Shown here: one piece after another, positions 1 to 8,204 of the stretch | Layout of the letters: each line of letters begins with the position of its first letter | Position numbering within the stretch: position 1 is the first letter of the stretch | DNA from: Candidatus Woesearchaeota archaeon | GTDB taxonomy: Archaea > Nanobdellota > Nanobdellia > Woesearchaeales > JAZDKJ01 | Length of the DNA stretch: 64,000 bases | Assembly (NCBI GenBank): GCA_043803105.1 | Contig: JAZDKJ010000006.1 | Location: 364,222-428,221 of the forward strand | Reading direction: 5' to 3' | Position numbers and translations under genes: made by a program | Notes under the pieces: generated by a model | What the model saw: the letters and a program-made list of their open reading frames with translations, nothing else | What the model was told of the DNA's origin: nothing | Database searches by the model: none

Positions 1-738
1 CTCAAGAACTGTCCTTAGGTTTGTTCCTGCAGTGATTATTATGAACTCCGCACCCCTTTTTACTGGAAGCACCTGCCTTATGCCTTTTACTCCCTTGATA
101 TATGCCTCCTTTACCTTCTCTTTTATCTTGTATACCTCGTTCAGGTTCTCGTTCTTTTTCTTGGCTTTGACAATTATTCCGTCTTTTGCAGCCTTGACTG
201 TTCCTTCCTTTAGGCTTTTCTCAAGTACTTTTGTGACCATGCCAAGGTTTAGTCCAAGAATCGACATTTTTTCCTTGCTAAGTTTCACTTCTATTGTTGA
301 TTCTATGACATTGATTAGGAACTCCGATGCTATGTCCTTTAATTTTGTCTCTTTAAGTGAAAGCGCCAGCTCTCTTATGTCCTTGCCCTTGTTGTATGGT
401 GGTTTCAGATAGACTTCCATCATCGGCGTATCAAGCTCTTTTCTTCCGTCGAGAATCTCAATTATTCTTGGCAGGCCCATTGTGACGTTCATCTCTGCAA
501 CTCCAGCAAAGTGGAAGGTGTTGAGTGTCATCTGGGTTCCAGGTTCTCCAATCGACTCAGCCGCAATGATGCCCACGCATTCTCCTGCGTGAATCTTGGA
601 CTGCTCGTACTCCTGGTAAGTGCGCTCCACAATTTTCTTGATCCGTGCCTCGCTTGCGCCTCGCGGCATTTTCTCTTCCAGTTCCTGCAATATCTTTGGT
701 GGAAGTTTTCCGACATATCTTTTTAGTATTGGGTTCAT
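1..738 (-). CDS. rpoA2: DNA-directed RNA polymerase subunit A'' (5' part of gene; continues beyond window start)
   Basis: Not in the ORF track because it runs off the edge. Hand translation from the ATG (complement of 736-738), 3 nt after the rpoA1 stop, stays open to position 1: [100 protein letters not shown]... This is the conserved start of archaeal RpoA''. Confidence 0.9.
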   Translation of the reverse strand, partial: MNPILKRYVGKLPPKILQELEEKMPRGASEARIKKIVERTYQEYEQSKIHAGECVGIIAAESIGEPGTQMTLNTFHFAGVAEMNVTMGLPRIIEILDGRKELDTPMMEVYLKPPYNKGKDIRELALSLKETKLKDIASEFLINVIESTIEVKLSKEKMSILGLNLGMVTKVLEKSLKEGTVKAAKDGIIVKAKKKNENLNEVYKIKEKVKEAYIKGVKGIRQVLPVKRGAEFIIITAGTNLRTVLE

Positions 739-740
739 TT

Positions 741-3380
741 TCAGGTGTTGTCTATTATGCTCTGGACGTTTAACTTACCTCCCTCTGATTTTGATACGTC
801 CATGCTGTCTTCTCCGTAAAGGAATTGTATGATCTTTCCTGAAGCATCCCGCACAGTGTTGTCATACTCCACCTTCAGGTCCTGCATCGCGTTTGCCAGC
901 CTTCTATAGAGGTATCCTGATTTTGGGGTCCTCAATGCTGTGTCCATGAGTGAATCCCTTCCGGTCATTGAGCCGAAGAAGAATTCTGCTGGGCTTAGCC
1001 CTTTCTTGAATCCATCCCTGATAAATCCGTGCGCGCTTGATCCCAGATCTCCTTTCTTGAAGTGGCTGATAGTCCTTCCCTGGTAGCCCTTGTCAATCCT
1101 CTTTCCCCTCATTGCCTGCTGGCCTACGCATGCTGCCATCTGGGCAAGGTTTAGGGGCGTACCGCGTGCTCCTGATTCTGCCATGATTATCGTGTGAGTT
1201 TTCTTGTCAGCGAATTCTGCCACTATCTCTCCTGTCCTGTTCCTGGTCTTGTTGAGTAGCTCCAATATCTTCAATTCAAGCGTCTCTTTGAGAGTCCTCC
1301 CTGGGAATGTCTCCAGTTTTCCGTCGCGATAGAGCGCAATCAATTGATTTACGTCCTCATCTGCCTTGTTGAGTTCTTGCTCTATCATCTGCCTTGCGTT
1401 CTCTGGCAGGTCAGTATCTGATATTGCAGTTGTGAATCCTCGCTTTGAAAGGACTGCTATTCCAAGCCTGAAGATGTTTTCAAGGATCTTTATTGTCTCA
1501 TAAGGTCCATACTTCTTATGGAATTTCCTGAGCAAGAGTCCTGATCCCTCGCCAAGATTGCTTCTGTCCATCACTCCCTTTGTTAGCTGCCCTTTGCGTA
1601 TCGTAACAACGTTGCTTCCATCCAGGTCTTTGGACTTTGATTTTCCGTCAAAATCGAAGTCATCCGGTAAGAGCACTGAGAACATCTCTTTTCCTGTCAC
1701 CTTTTGCCTGCTTGGTAGCTTCGAGAGGTCTGAGATGCCAATTGAAATCATTAGCTCAACCGCTTGCGTTCTTGGCATTTCCATGAATTTTGTGAGTAGA
1801 TAATTGCCTGAGATTGAGTCCTGGATGCAGCCTATCACAGATAGCCCGTATCTTGGGCTTATGAGCTGGGTCGGGACTGACATAAGTATCTCTGCCTCAG
1901 CCCTTGCTTCCTCTGTCTGAGGTATGTGGAGGTTCATTTCGTCTCCGTCAAAGTCTGCGTTGTATGGATGGCACACTGCTGGATTCAGCCTAAGCGTCTT
2001 TCCAGGCAAGACCCTGACTTGATGGCACATCATGCTCATCCTGTGCAGGCTTGGCTGCCTGTTGAATATTGCGACGTCCCCATCAAGAAGATGCCTTTCA
2101 ACAGAATAACCTGGCTGAAGTTCTTCCAGGCTTGCTTCTTTTGTCTCGTCTGTAATTTTCTTTTTCTTGCCGTCAGGCCTTATGATATAGTTTGCTCCAG
2201 GATATGTTCCGGGGCCCCTCTCTACAAATTTCTTGAGGTAGGCCATATTCCAAGAGTTTACGATTTCAGGCACTGTGAGTTTCATTGCTATTTCCTTTGG
2301 CACCCCGACCTCGCTTAAGTTTAGCATTGGGTCTGGGCTGATCACTGTCCTTGCGCAGAAGTTTGTTCTCTTTCCTGCAAGGTTATGTCGTATCCTTCCT
2401 TCCTTGCTCTTGATTCGCTCAGTGATTGTCTTGAGCGGCTGTCCGCTTCGATGCCTTGCCGGTGGCAATTGTGCTATGTTATTGTCAAAGAATGTGGTGA
2501 CATGGTATTGAAGCAGGTCCCATAGGTCCTCGATAATTATTTCTGGTGCTCCTGCATTTATGTTTTCGAACAGTCTCTGATTGATTCTGACAATGTCTCC
2601 CAATTTGTGTGTGAGATCGTCTTCAGAGCGCTCTCCAGACTCCAGAGTGATTGAGGGTCTCATCGTGACTGGTGGTATTGGCAGGAGTGTTAGCACCATC
2701 CATTCTGGTCTTACAGCCTTGGGATTTATTCCGAAAAGGTCAGCATCATCATCGGGAATCCTCTCCAATCTTGTCCTTACCTCTATCGGATTCAGCCTTC
2801 GCTCGTTTTCCATGAAGGTTGTTGGTTTCTCGAGCAAAACCTTGTGTTGTCGTGCCTTGCAATAAGGGCACTTGTTTGCTGTCTTTAGGCTGTTCACAAT
2901 TTCTTTGATGGCCTTTCTGCGTCCCTCTACGCCAGATTCCTTTTCCACTTTCGCGAGCTGGTCTTGGTAGTATTCAATCTTGTTTTTTGGGATAAGAACT
3001 CTTCCGCAATCCCTGCATGTGCACTTGAGGAGCGTTAGAATCACTCCCACAAACTTCACGTGCATTATCGGCCTTGCAAGTTCTATATAACCGAAGTGTC
3101 CTATGCACTCCTTTAATTTTGATCCGCATGTCTTGCACTTGAGTCCTGGATCAATGACTCCTAGCCTGATATCCATTAGCCCACCGTCAACAGGATAACC
3201 CTCCTTGTCATAAAGCTCAGGCGTGACTATCTTTGCCGAGGCCATCTGCTTTACCATCTTTGGGCTTAGCACTCCAAATACTATGCTGCTTACCTGCTTG
3301 TAAATATATTGCACAGGCTCTTCAGCTAGTTCCACGACCTCTTTTGTTAGTTCAGCTGCTGCTGGTGTTTCGTCTGCCAT
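741..3380 (-). CDS. rpoA1: DNA-directed RNA polymerase subunit A'
   Basis: 879-aa ORF with N-terminal zinc motifs (CKTCG..C..H, CTCRDCG) and the catalytic [13 protein letters not shown] motif. Sits in canonical rpoB-rpoA order. Confidence 0.97.
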   Translation of the reverse strand: MADETPAAAELTKEVVELAEEPVQYIYKQVSSIVFGVLSPKMVKQMASAKIVTPELYDKEGYPVDGGLMDIRLGVIDPGLKCKTCGSKLKECIGHFGYIELARPIMHVKFVGVILTLLKCTCRDCGRVLIPKNKIEYYQDQLAKVEKESGVEGRRKAIKEIVNSLKTANKCPYCKARQHKVLLEKPTTFMENERRLNPIEVRTRLERIPDDDADLFGINPKAVRPEWMVLTLLPIPPVTMRPSITLESGERSEDDLTHKLGDIVRINQRLFENINAGAPEIIIEDLWDLLQYHVTTFFDNNIAQLPPARHRSGQPLKTITERIKSKEGRIRHNLAGKRTNFCARTVISPDPMLNLSEVGVPKEIAMKLTVPEIVNSWNMAYLKKFVERGPGTYPGANYIIRPDGKKKKITDETKEASLEELQPGYSVERHLLDGDVAIFNRQPSLHRMSMMCHQVRVLPGKTLRLNPAVCHPYNADFDGDEMNLHIPQTEEARAEAEILMSVPTQLISPRYGLSVIGCIQDSISGNYLLTKFMEMPRTQAVELMISIGISDLSKLPSRQKVTGKEMFSVLLPDDFDFDGKSKSKDLDGSNVVTIRKGQLTKGVMDRSNLGEGSGLLLRKFHKKYGPYETIKILENIFRLGIAVLSKRGFTTAISDTDLPENARQMIEQELNKADEDVNQLIALYRDGKLETFPGRTLKETLELKILELLNKTRNRTGEIVAEFADKKTHTIIMAESGARGTPLNLAQMAACVGQQAMRGKRIDKGYQGRTISHFKKGDLGSSAHGFIRDGFKKGLSPAEFFFGSMTGRDSLMDTALRTPKSGYLYRRLANAMQDLKVEYDNTVRDASGKIIQFLYGEDSMDVSKSEGGKLNVQSIIDNT

Positions 3381-3384
3381 TTTC

Positions 3385-5187
3385 TCAATATTTGTTTTTC
3401 AATACAAGTTTAGGGTAGATGCATAGTGACTTGAATTCGTCGAGCATCAATTTGAACGCATAGCTCAATTCGATATTGTTTATCTCCACATTCTCTCCGC
3501 AGACAGGGCAGTACTTCTTGTCCTTGTATGCGTCGTATATTGCAATTATTCCGCAGTTCTCGCAGACTGGTACGACTGTCTTGTCTGAGTCGAACCTTTC
3601 TTTGAGGAGTAATGATGCTCCGTGAGCCACAAAGGTGTCCTTTTCCATTTCTCCAAGCCTTAGGCCTCCCTCTTTTGCTCTTCCCTCTGTTGGCTGTCTT
3701 GTGAGCAGTTGTATTGGTCCCCTTGCTCTCGAGTGTATCTTGTTTGCAACCATGTGCCTTAGCTTGAGATAATACATGTTACCGATGAATATCTTTGCCT
3801 CGAACCTCTCTCCAGTCTCCCCATTGTACATGGTCTCTGTCCCATTCTCCCTGAAGCCAAGCCCGAGCAACTCCTTTCTTATGTCTGACTCTTTTTCTGA
3901 GCTGAATGTTGTTCCGTCTACGTATCTTCCTGCCAGTGCTGCAGTTTTTCCTGCCACTAGCTCAAGCAGGTGCGCTATTGTCATTCTGCTCGGTATTCCG
4001 TGCGGTGAGAATAATAGGTCTGGCACTATTCCTGATGCGCTGAATGGCATGTCAGCATGAGGCACGATTAGTCCGATTACCCCCTTCTGTCCATGTCTTG
4101 ATGTGAACTTGTCGCCTATCTCGGGTATTCTCTGGTCTCTTACCCTTACCTGCATGAGTTTGTTTCCCTCTTCGTTTTCTGTTATCAATACAAAGTCCAC
4201 TATTCCCTGCTCACCGTGCTTTAACGCCACTGAGCTCTCCCTTCTTGTGTTTGACGCTAAGCTATACTCATCCATGCCTGAGAGGAATCTTGGTGGGCTG
4301 GTCTTTCCTATGACAACGTCCTCTTCCTTGACTGGCGCTTCAGGGTATACTATTCCGTCAGGCTCAAGGAGCCTATAATCTCTCTCGCTCTTATAGCCCT
4401 TTACATCTTTGTTTGGTATGCAGACATCGTCCATTAGTCCGCCCGAATACCTGAGCTCTTCCGTTATTGATGGTCGATAATATGTGCTTCTTCCCATGCC
4501 CCTGTCTATCGATCCCTTGTTGATTATAATCGCGTCTTCCATGTTATAGCCCTTGTAGCTCATAACCGCAACAACAAGGTTTTGTCCTGCAGGGTGCTTG
4601 TCGTAGTCAGATATTTCGTGGATTATTGATTGCACGAGTGGCATCTGTGGTGTGTGCAGGAGGCTCACGTCCATGTCCATCCTTATGTCAAAGTTGGCAG
4701 CGTACAACCCTATTGCCTGCTTTTGGTTCTTGCTTCCCATGTTCAGCCTTGCTCCCTGGGTAAAGTTACCGAAGGGCACAAGCGCAACTGTTAGTCCGCA
4801 CATTGCCAAGGGTGTTATCTCCAGGTGGGTGTGTTCTGCTGTTACGTCCTCTGGCGTGAAGGCAACAAGGGTGTTCTCTTCCTCCATTGCATCCAGGTAT
4901 TCTATTACTCCTTGCTCTACAAGTTCCTTCCAGCCTATCTCCCCTTTCTGCAGCTGCTTGATGTGTTTTTCAGTTATGAGCGCTACTCCGTCCTTTACCA
5001 CGATTAGCGGCCTTCTTACCCTGCCCCTAAGGCTTTCTATTCTTACCTCGTCGATTTTGTCATTGTAGTATACGTTTACTGAGTCTGAGAGGACTCCCTT
5101 TCTTCTCTCTGCCTTTACCTGCTTTACAAAGTCCTCAGGATTATCGATTGTTCCCACATATTTGCCATTCAAAAAAACTTCGCTCAT
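3385..5187 (-). CDS. rpoB1: DNA-directed RNA polymerase subunit B' (C-terminal half of B)
   Basis: 600-aa ORF with GDKFTSRHGQKGV and LRLGEMEKD motifs and a C-terminal Zn ribbon (CENCG..CPVCG). Overlaps rpoB2 by 4 nt. Confidence 0.97.
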   Translation of the reverse strand: MSEVFLNGKYVGTIDNPEDFVKQVKAERRKGVLSDSVNVYYNDKIDEVRIESLRGRVRRPLIVVKDGVALITEKHIKQLQKGEIGWKELVEQGVIEYLDAMEEENTLVAFTPEDVTAEHTHLEITPLAMCGLTVALVPFGNFTQGARLNMGSKNQKQAIGLYAANFDIRMDMDVSLLHTPQMPLVQSIIHEISDYDKHPAGQNLVVAVMSYKGYNMEDAIIINKGSIDRGMGRSTYYRPSITEELRYSGGLMDDVCIPNKDVKGYKSERDYRLLEPDGIVYPEAPVKEEDVVIGKTSPPRFLSGMDEYSLASNTRRESSVALKHGEQGIVDFVLITENEEGNKLMQVRVRDQRIPEIGDKFTSRHGQKGVIGLIVPHADMPFSASGIVPDLLFSPHGIPSRMTIAHLLELVAGKTAALAGRYVDGTTFSSEKESDIRKELLGLGFRENGTETMYNGETGERFEAKIFIGNMYYLKLRHMVANKIHSRARGPIQLLTRQPTEGRAKEGGLRLGEMEKDTFVAHGASLLLKERFDSDKTVVPVCENCGIIAIYDAYKDKKYCPVCGENVEINNIELSYAFKLMLDEFKSLCIYPKLVLKNKY

Positions 5188-6671
5188 TTGATTACCTTCA
5201 GCCCCAAGCCTTTGAGTGCCTTGAGCACCTCTTCCTCGTTTGTGTCTGCCGAGACGCTTGCGAGTAGCGCAAGGTTCTTTCTTAACCCTATATTTGTTCC
5301 TTCAGGTGTCTCGATAGGGCATAGCCTTCCAAGGTGGGTGCTGTGCAGCTCCCTTGCCGCAAAGTTCTCCTGCGAGGCTGAGAGCGGGCTCACCACCCTT
5401 TGCAGGTGCGAGACTGTCTCCAGGAAGTTTAGCCTCTGAATTCTTTGGCTGATTCCCTTCCTGCCGCCTACCCAGGCTCCTGTTGCCATCGAGCTGTATA
5501 TCCTCTGGGTTAATAGCTTGTCCCTGATTATCACTTTGATGCTTGGGAATTTTCCCCTCTTTACTATTCTCTGGAAATTGTATAGTAGGTCTCCGATCAG
5601 CACTTTAAGGTTTACCCTGAATAGGTCTGCCAATAGGTCTCCTGAGCACTTGAGCCTCTTGTTCTTGTAGTGGTCCTTGTCGTCTTCCTCTACCTCTCCG
5701 TTTGACACAAGGATATATTTCTTGAGCATCTTGCAAAGGTTGTATGCTTTGTATATTCTCTCTTCTTTTTTCATTCCGATATGGGGCATCAGGTAGCGGT
5801 CAATTATCTCGGTTGTTCTTTCGATCCTGATTTCCTTTGCTTGTGTTATGCCTATCCTTTTTGCTATGAAGTCTAATGCGTCTTCACTCGTCTTTATATC
5901 TGCGAAGCTGTATAGGTTCACGACCACCTCATCGAATTGCCTCTCCTTGGATACTGACTTCATTATATCTTCATCGTTCAGGAGGCCAAGTGATTTTATG
6001 ACGATTATTAACGGAATTCTCTTAACTCTTGTAAAGGACAAATAGAAGATTCCATCCTTCATCTTTTCCAGTGTATGAGGTATCTTGTAATACCCATGCT
6101 CTGAGAATAGCTTGCCTGTGTATTCCGAAACCCCAATGTTTTGCTTCTCCACCAAAAGTTGGTTTGATGCGAGGTCTTCGACATCGATTAGTACCTTTTC
6201 TGTTCCGTTGATTATGAAATATCCTCCTGGGTCATCAGGGTCTTCACCCTTTTCTATAATCTCGTCCCTTGACATGTTGTGCAGGTGGCAAAACTTGCTC
6301 CTCAGCATGATTGGTATTGAGCCAACCTGGGTTACAAATGATTCTCTCTGCACATCATTGATATGGGCGCTTACCTCGATGAAGCATGGGCTTGCATAAG
6401 TTATCTTTCTTAGTCTTGCTTCAACAGGGTATATTGCCCTCCTTGAGCCGTCTGCTTCTGTTATCTCCGGCTTTGTGAGCCATATCTTGTCAAGCCTTAT
6501 CTTGAACTTGTCGACATTGCTTGGGATTATTGTGGGCTCTATATCTTTGTTTTCTTCTATAATCTTCTGCAGCTCGTGCTCTATAAAATAATTGTAGGAC
6601 TCTATGTCTGACTTTATGAGGGAATAGCTTTCAAAATATTTTTGTATCAGCAATTTTGCAGTGTTAACCAT
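5184..6671 (-). CDS. rpoB2: DNA-directed RNA polymerase subunit B'' (N-terminal half of B)
   Basis: 495-aa ORF ending in ...CPIETPEGTNIGLRKNLA, the conserved region just before the archaeal B''/B' split point. Confidence 0.95.
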   Translation of the reverse strand: MVNTAKLLIQKYFESYSLIKSDIESYNYFIEHELQKIIEENKDIEPTIIPSNVDKFKIRLDKIWLTKPEITEADGSRRAIYPVEARLRKITYASPCFIEVSAHINDVQRESFVTQVGSIPIMLRSKFCHLHNMSRDEIIEKGEDPDDPGGYFIINGTEKVLIDVEDLASNQLLVEKQNIGVSEYTGKLFSEHGYYKIPHTLEKMKDGIFYLSFTRVKRIPLIIVIKSLGLLNDEDIMKSVSKERQFDEVVVNLYSFADIKTSEDALDFIAKRIGITQAKEIRIERTTEIIDRYLMPHIGMKKEERIYKAYNLCKMLKKYILVSNGEVEEDDKDHYKNKRLKCSGDLLADLFRVNLKVLIGDLLYNFQRIVKRGKFPSIKVIIRDKLLTQRIYSSMATGAWVGGRKGISQRIQRLNFLETVSHLQRVVSPLSASQENFAARELHSTHLGRLCPIETPEGTNIGLRKNLALLASVSADTNEEEVLKALKGLGLKVIK

Positions 6672-6906
6672 TTATCGCACATCTGTAATAGTATGATTCT
6701 CCTGCAGTGCTGCTCTTTCGCGTTATCTTGACGACATCTCTCGGCTTTAGCTTTAGATCAATTACCGCAGGATCCTTGATAAGTAGTTTTGGTAGTTCGT
6801 TCTCAGTAATGTGGAAATGCTCGAGCAGCTGTTTTTTTTCAGCCTCGCTAAGTTTTTTATGCTTAGGCACAAGAATGTGTTTGCTTATGTTGAATGATGG
6901 CTTCAT
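6664..6906 (-). CDS. rpoH: DNA-directed RNA polymerase subunit H (Rpb5 homolog)
   Basis: The ORF-track ORF is 6664..6960, but its first 18 codons overlap the tRNA-Lys 3' exon. Start placed at MKPSFNISKHILVPKHKKLSEAEKKQLLEHF... (ATG = complement of 6904-6906). First gene of the rpoH-B-A operon. Confidence 0.85.
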   Translation of the reverse strand: MKPSFNISKHILVPKHKKLSEAEKKQLLEHFHITENELPKLLIKDPAVIDLKLKPRDVVKITRKSSTAGESYYYRCAING

Positions 6907-6917
6907 TTTAGATTGAA

Positions 6918-7044
6918 TGGGCCGGACGAGATTTTCTTTGTTTTTTTTTCCAAGTTGCATTCGAACTCGCGACCACCTGATTGCTTTGCAGCTTAAAAGT
7001 CAGGTGCTCTATTGCCCTTATACTCCAGGCTGAGCTACCGGCCC
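6918..7044 (-). tRNA. tRNA-Lys: tRNA-Lys(UUU), 127 nt, three introns (D-loop, anticodon loop, T-loop)
   Basis: Hand parse: GGGCCGG TA GCTC AGCCTGG[AGTATAAGGGCAA]TA GAGC A CCTGA CTTTTA[AGCTGCAAAGCA]A TCAGG TGGTC GCGAG TTCGAAT[GCAACTTGGAAAAAAAAACAAAGAAAAT] CTCGT CCGGCCC A. Exact splice points are ambiguous by 1-2 nt. Confidence 0.8.
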
Positions 7045-7059
7045 ATCGTGATTGAAAAA

Positions 7060-7225
7060 CGCCCTGGTCGGGACTTCCAACAACAGACATGCCGTATGAC
7101 ATTTTCAGCTGATTTGAACCCGAGTCGAAGCCTTTTTGCGGTAGCAAACAGTAATTCAACCCTCCCTCTGGTTGAAAAGCCACCTCGACAGGGCTTCATG
7201 ATAGGCCAGACTACACTACCAGGGC
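7060..7225 (-). tRNA. tRNA-Asp: tRNA-Asp(GUC), 166 nt, two introns (anticodon loop about 52 nt, T-loop 39 nt)
   Basis: Hand parse: GCCCTGG TA GTGT AGTCTGGCCTA TCAT G AAGCC CTGTCGA[GGTGGC...CCGCAAAAA region] GGCTT CGAC TCGGG TTCAAAT[CAGCTGAAAATGTCATACGGCATGTCTGTTGTTGGAAGT] CCCGA CCAGGGC G. Confidence 0.8.
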
Positions 7226-7432
7226 TTTGACCTAGTTAAGCCTAATTTAAGCTTTCTAGCCACCAAGCAGTCCACATAGGTCTTCTTAAGCGCATAGAAA
7301 GATTGAATTGGCATGGCCCACCTATCTTCACACCTGTTTATAAAGCTTGTGGTTTTTTCCTGACTTATTCAGGTCTGCTTGAACTTTTGCTTGATTACTT
7401 TCAAATGTTCTGCTCGAATTAAAGCGAGAATA

Positions 7433-7559
7433 TCCCCGAGGCCGGAGTCGAACCAGCAACCTTTCGGTAACGGCTGAGTGTTTTTCACATTCTGCACTGA
7501 GTGCAATATCAAAACACTATCCCTACAGCCGAACGCTCTAGCCATTGAGCTACTCGGGG
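7433..7559 (-). tRNA. tRNA-Tyr: tRNA-Tyr(GUA), 127 nt, one canonical 54-nt anticodon-loop intron
   Basis: Hand parse: CCCCGAG TA GCTC AATGGCTA GAGC G TTCGG CTGTAG[54-nt intron]A CCGAA AGGTT GCTGG TTCGACT CCGGC CTCGGGG A. The C1-G72 pair is the archaeal/eukaryal Tyr identity pair. Confidence 0.85.
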
Positions 7560-7636
7560 AAGCTTTTTTCCTTAGGAAAAAACCTTGGAAAATATGTTTT
7601 TGCCAAGGCAAAAACGCTGCCTTTAAGGCAGCTAAA

Positions 7637-7679
7637 GTTGCGAGCTGACTTTTCAGCTCAGCTATTGAGCTACTCAGGG
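7637..7679 (-). ncRNA. Truncated degenerate copy of the tRNA-Tyr 5' end (nt 1-24), ending within and continued by a conserved 23-nt hairpin
   Basis: CCCTGAGTAGCTCAATAGCTGAGC compared with the genuine CCCCGAGTAGCTCAATGGCTAGAGC (the D-loop GG is reduced to AG). The hairpin GAGCTGAAAAGTCAGCTCGCAAC (7659-7637) starts at the copy's last GAGC. The same hairpin occurs at 29650-29672 and 41291-41313. Confidence 0.6.
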
Positions 7680-7707
7680 ATAATTCAATGAATAACAAAC
7701 AAGGGTC

Positions 7708-7717
7708 TTTTTATAAA
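7708..7717 (-). promoter_or_regulatory. TATA box (TTTATAAAAA) 28 nt upstream of the truncated tRNA-Tyr copy
   Basis: Read directly on the minus strand. No comparable TATA lies between the truncated copy and the full tRNA-Tyr. Confidence 0.5.
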
Positions 7718-7777
7718 CATTTCTTATCTCTGTGTGTGCTTCTTTCTTCGGAACGACTCAGAATTTTGCTATTGCTA

Positions 7778-8137
7778 TTAGTGTACAATTCTCATTTTTC
7801 CAGCCATGACTAAATTGTGCTCAATCTCTAGCTTGTTGAATCTTTTTTCCATCGCTAGGATCTTATCGACTTTTTGCTCTGTTTGCTCTACACCGTTCTT
7901 TATCTTACCTAATTTGTATGCTCCCCCGAGAATCGAAATGCCTCCTCCAAGATATGGTATCATCTCTACCCACACTGGAGAGCGCACAATTCCAAAAACC
8001 TTAAGCAGCGCCCACAGGAGTATTGCCAGTGCTCCTATGACAATCAGGGAATCCCAGAGGTCAAAACTTGCGTTGAAGAGTTTTTTTAGCTTTTGAATTG
8101 TCCTCATGCTGGCAGCAATAATAAAAAGGTCGTTCAT
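7778..8137 (-). CDS. small membrane protein, hypothetical
   Basis: 119-aa ORF with two hydrophobic helices and a C-terminal coiled-coil-like tail. Last gene of the 13050-7778 minus-strand cluster. Confidence 0.5.
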   Translation of the reverse strand: MNDLFIIAASMRTIQKLKKLFNASFDLWDSLIVIGALAILLWALLKVFGIVRSPVWVEMIPYLGGGISILGGAYKLGKIKNGVEQTEQKVDKILAMEKRFNKLEIEHNLVMAGKMRIVH

Positions 8138-8204
8138 AAACTTTTGTCTTCGATAAATCCAGATTGTATGAATGAGCCGTAAATCTTCCGAAAGTCACAA
8201 CATC

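Noticed and set aside
3385-6671. The split of RpoB into B'' and B', considered as a novelty.
   Set aside because: It is a well-known feature of many euryarchaeal-type and small-genome archaea. It is useful for placement but not unusual.
6908-7183. 91-aa minus-strand ORF from the six-frame track.
   Set aside because: It lies entirely across tRNA-Lys and tRNA-Asp. Its sequence is explained by the tRNA genes and it has no coding features.
7300-7320. GCCAATTCAATCT, which resembles the tRNA-Lys 3' end plus trailer (GCCCATTCAATCT), downstream of a TTTATAAA box at 7337-7344.
   Set aside because: Only a 9-nt exact match. In about 128 kb of two-strand sequence, a given 9-mer is expected about 0.5 times by chance, so the match is too weak to call.
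7616-7632. Hairpin GCTGC-CTTAAAG-GCAGC, which looks like an anticodon arm with anticodon UAA (Leu) behind the truncated Tyr-like 5' piece. The hairpin that follows it could pass for a long variable arm.
   Set aside because: No T arm or matching 3' acceptor strand follows. The body is Tyr-like (C1), not Leu-like. The neighbouring A/T hairpins are the same type seen inside introns elsewhere.
7560-7636. Series of A/T-stem hairpins, also present inside the T-loop intron at 39480-39545 and at 41235-41253. They were considered as a CRISPR-like or other regular repeat array, or as terminators.
   Set aside because: The sequences differ from each other, there is no regular spacing, and they lie inside tRNA leaders and introns. 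They are best explained as intron or leader secondary structure.
7369-7698. 109-aa minus-strand ORF from the six-frame track.
   Set aside because: It overlaps tRNA-Tyr, the truncated copy and the hairpin spacer, so it is spurious.
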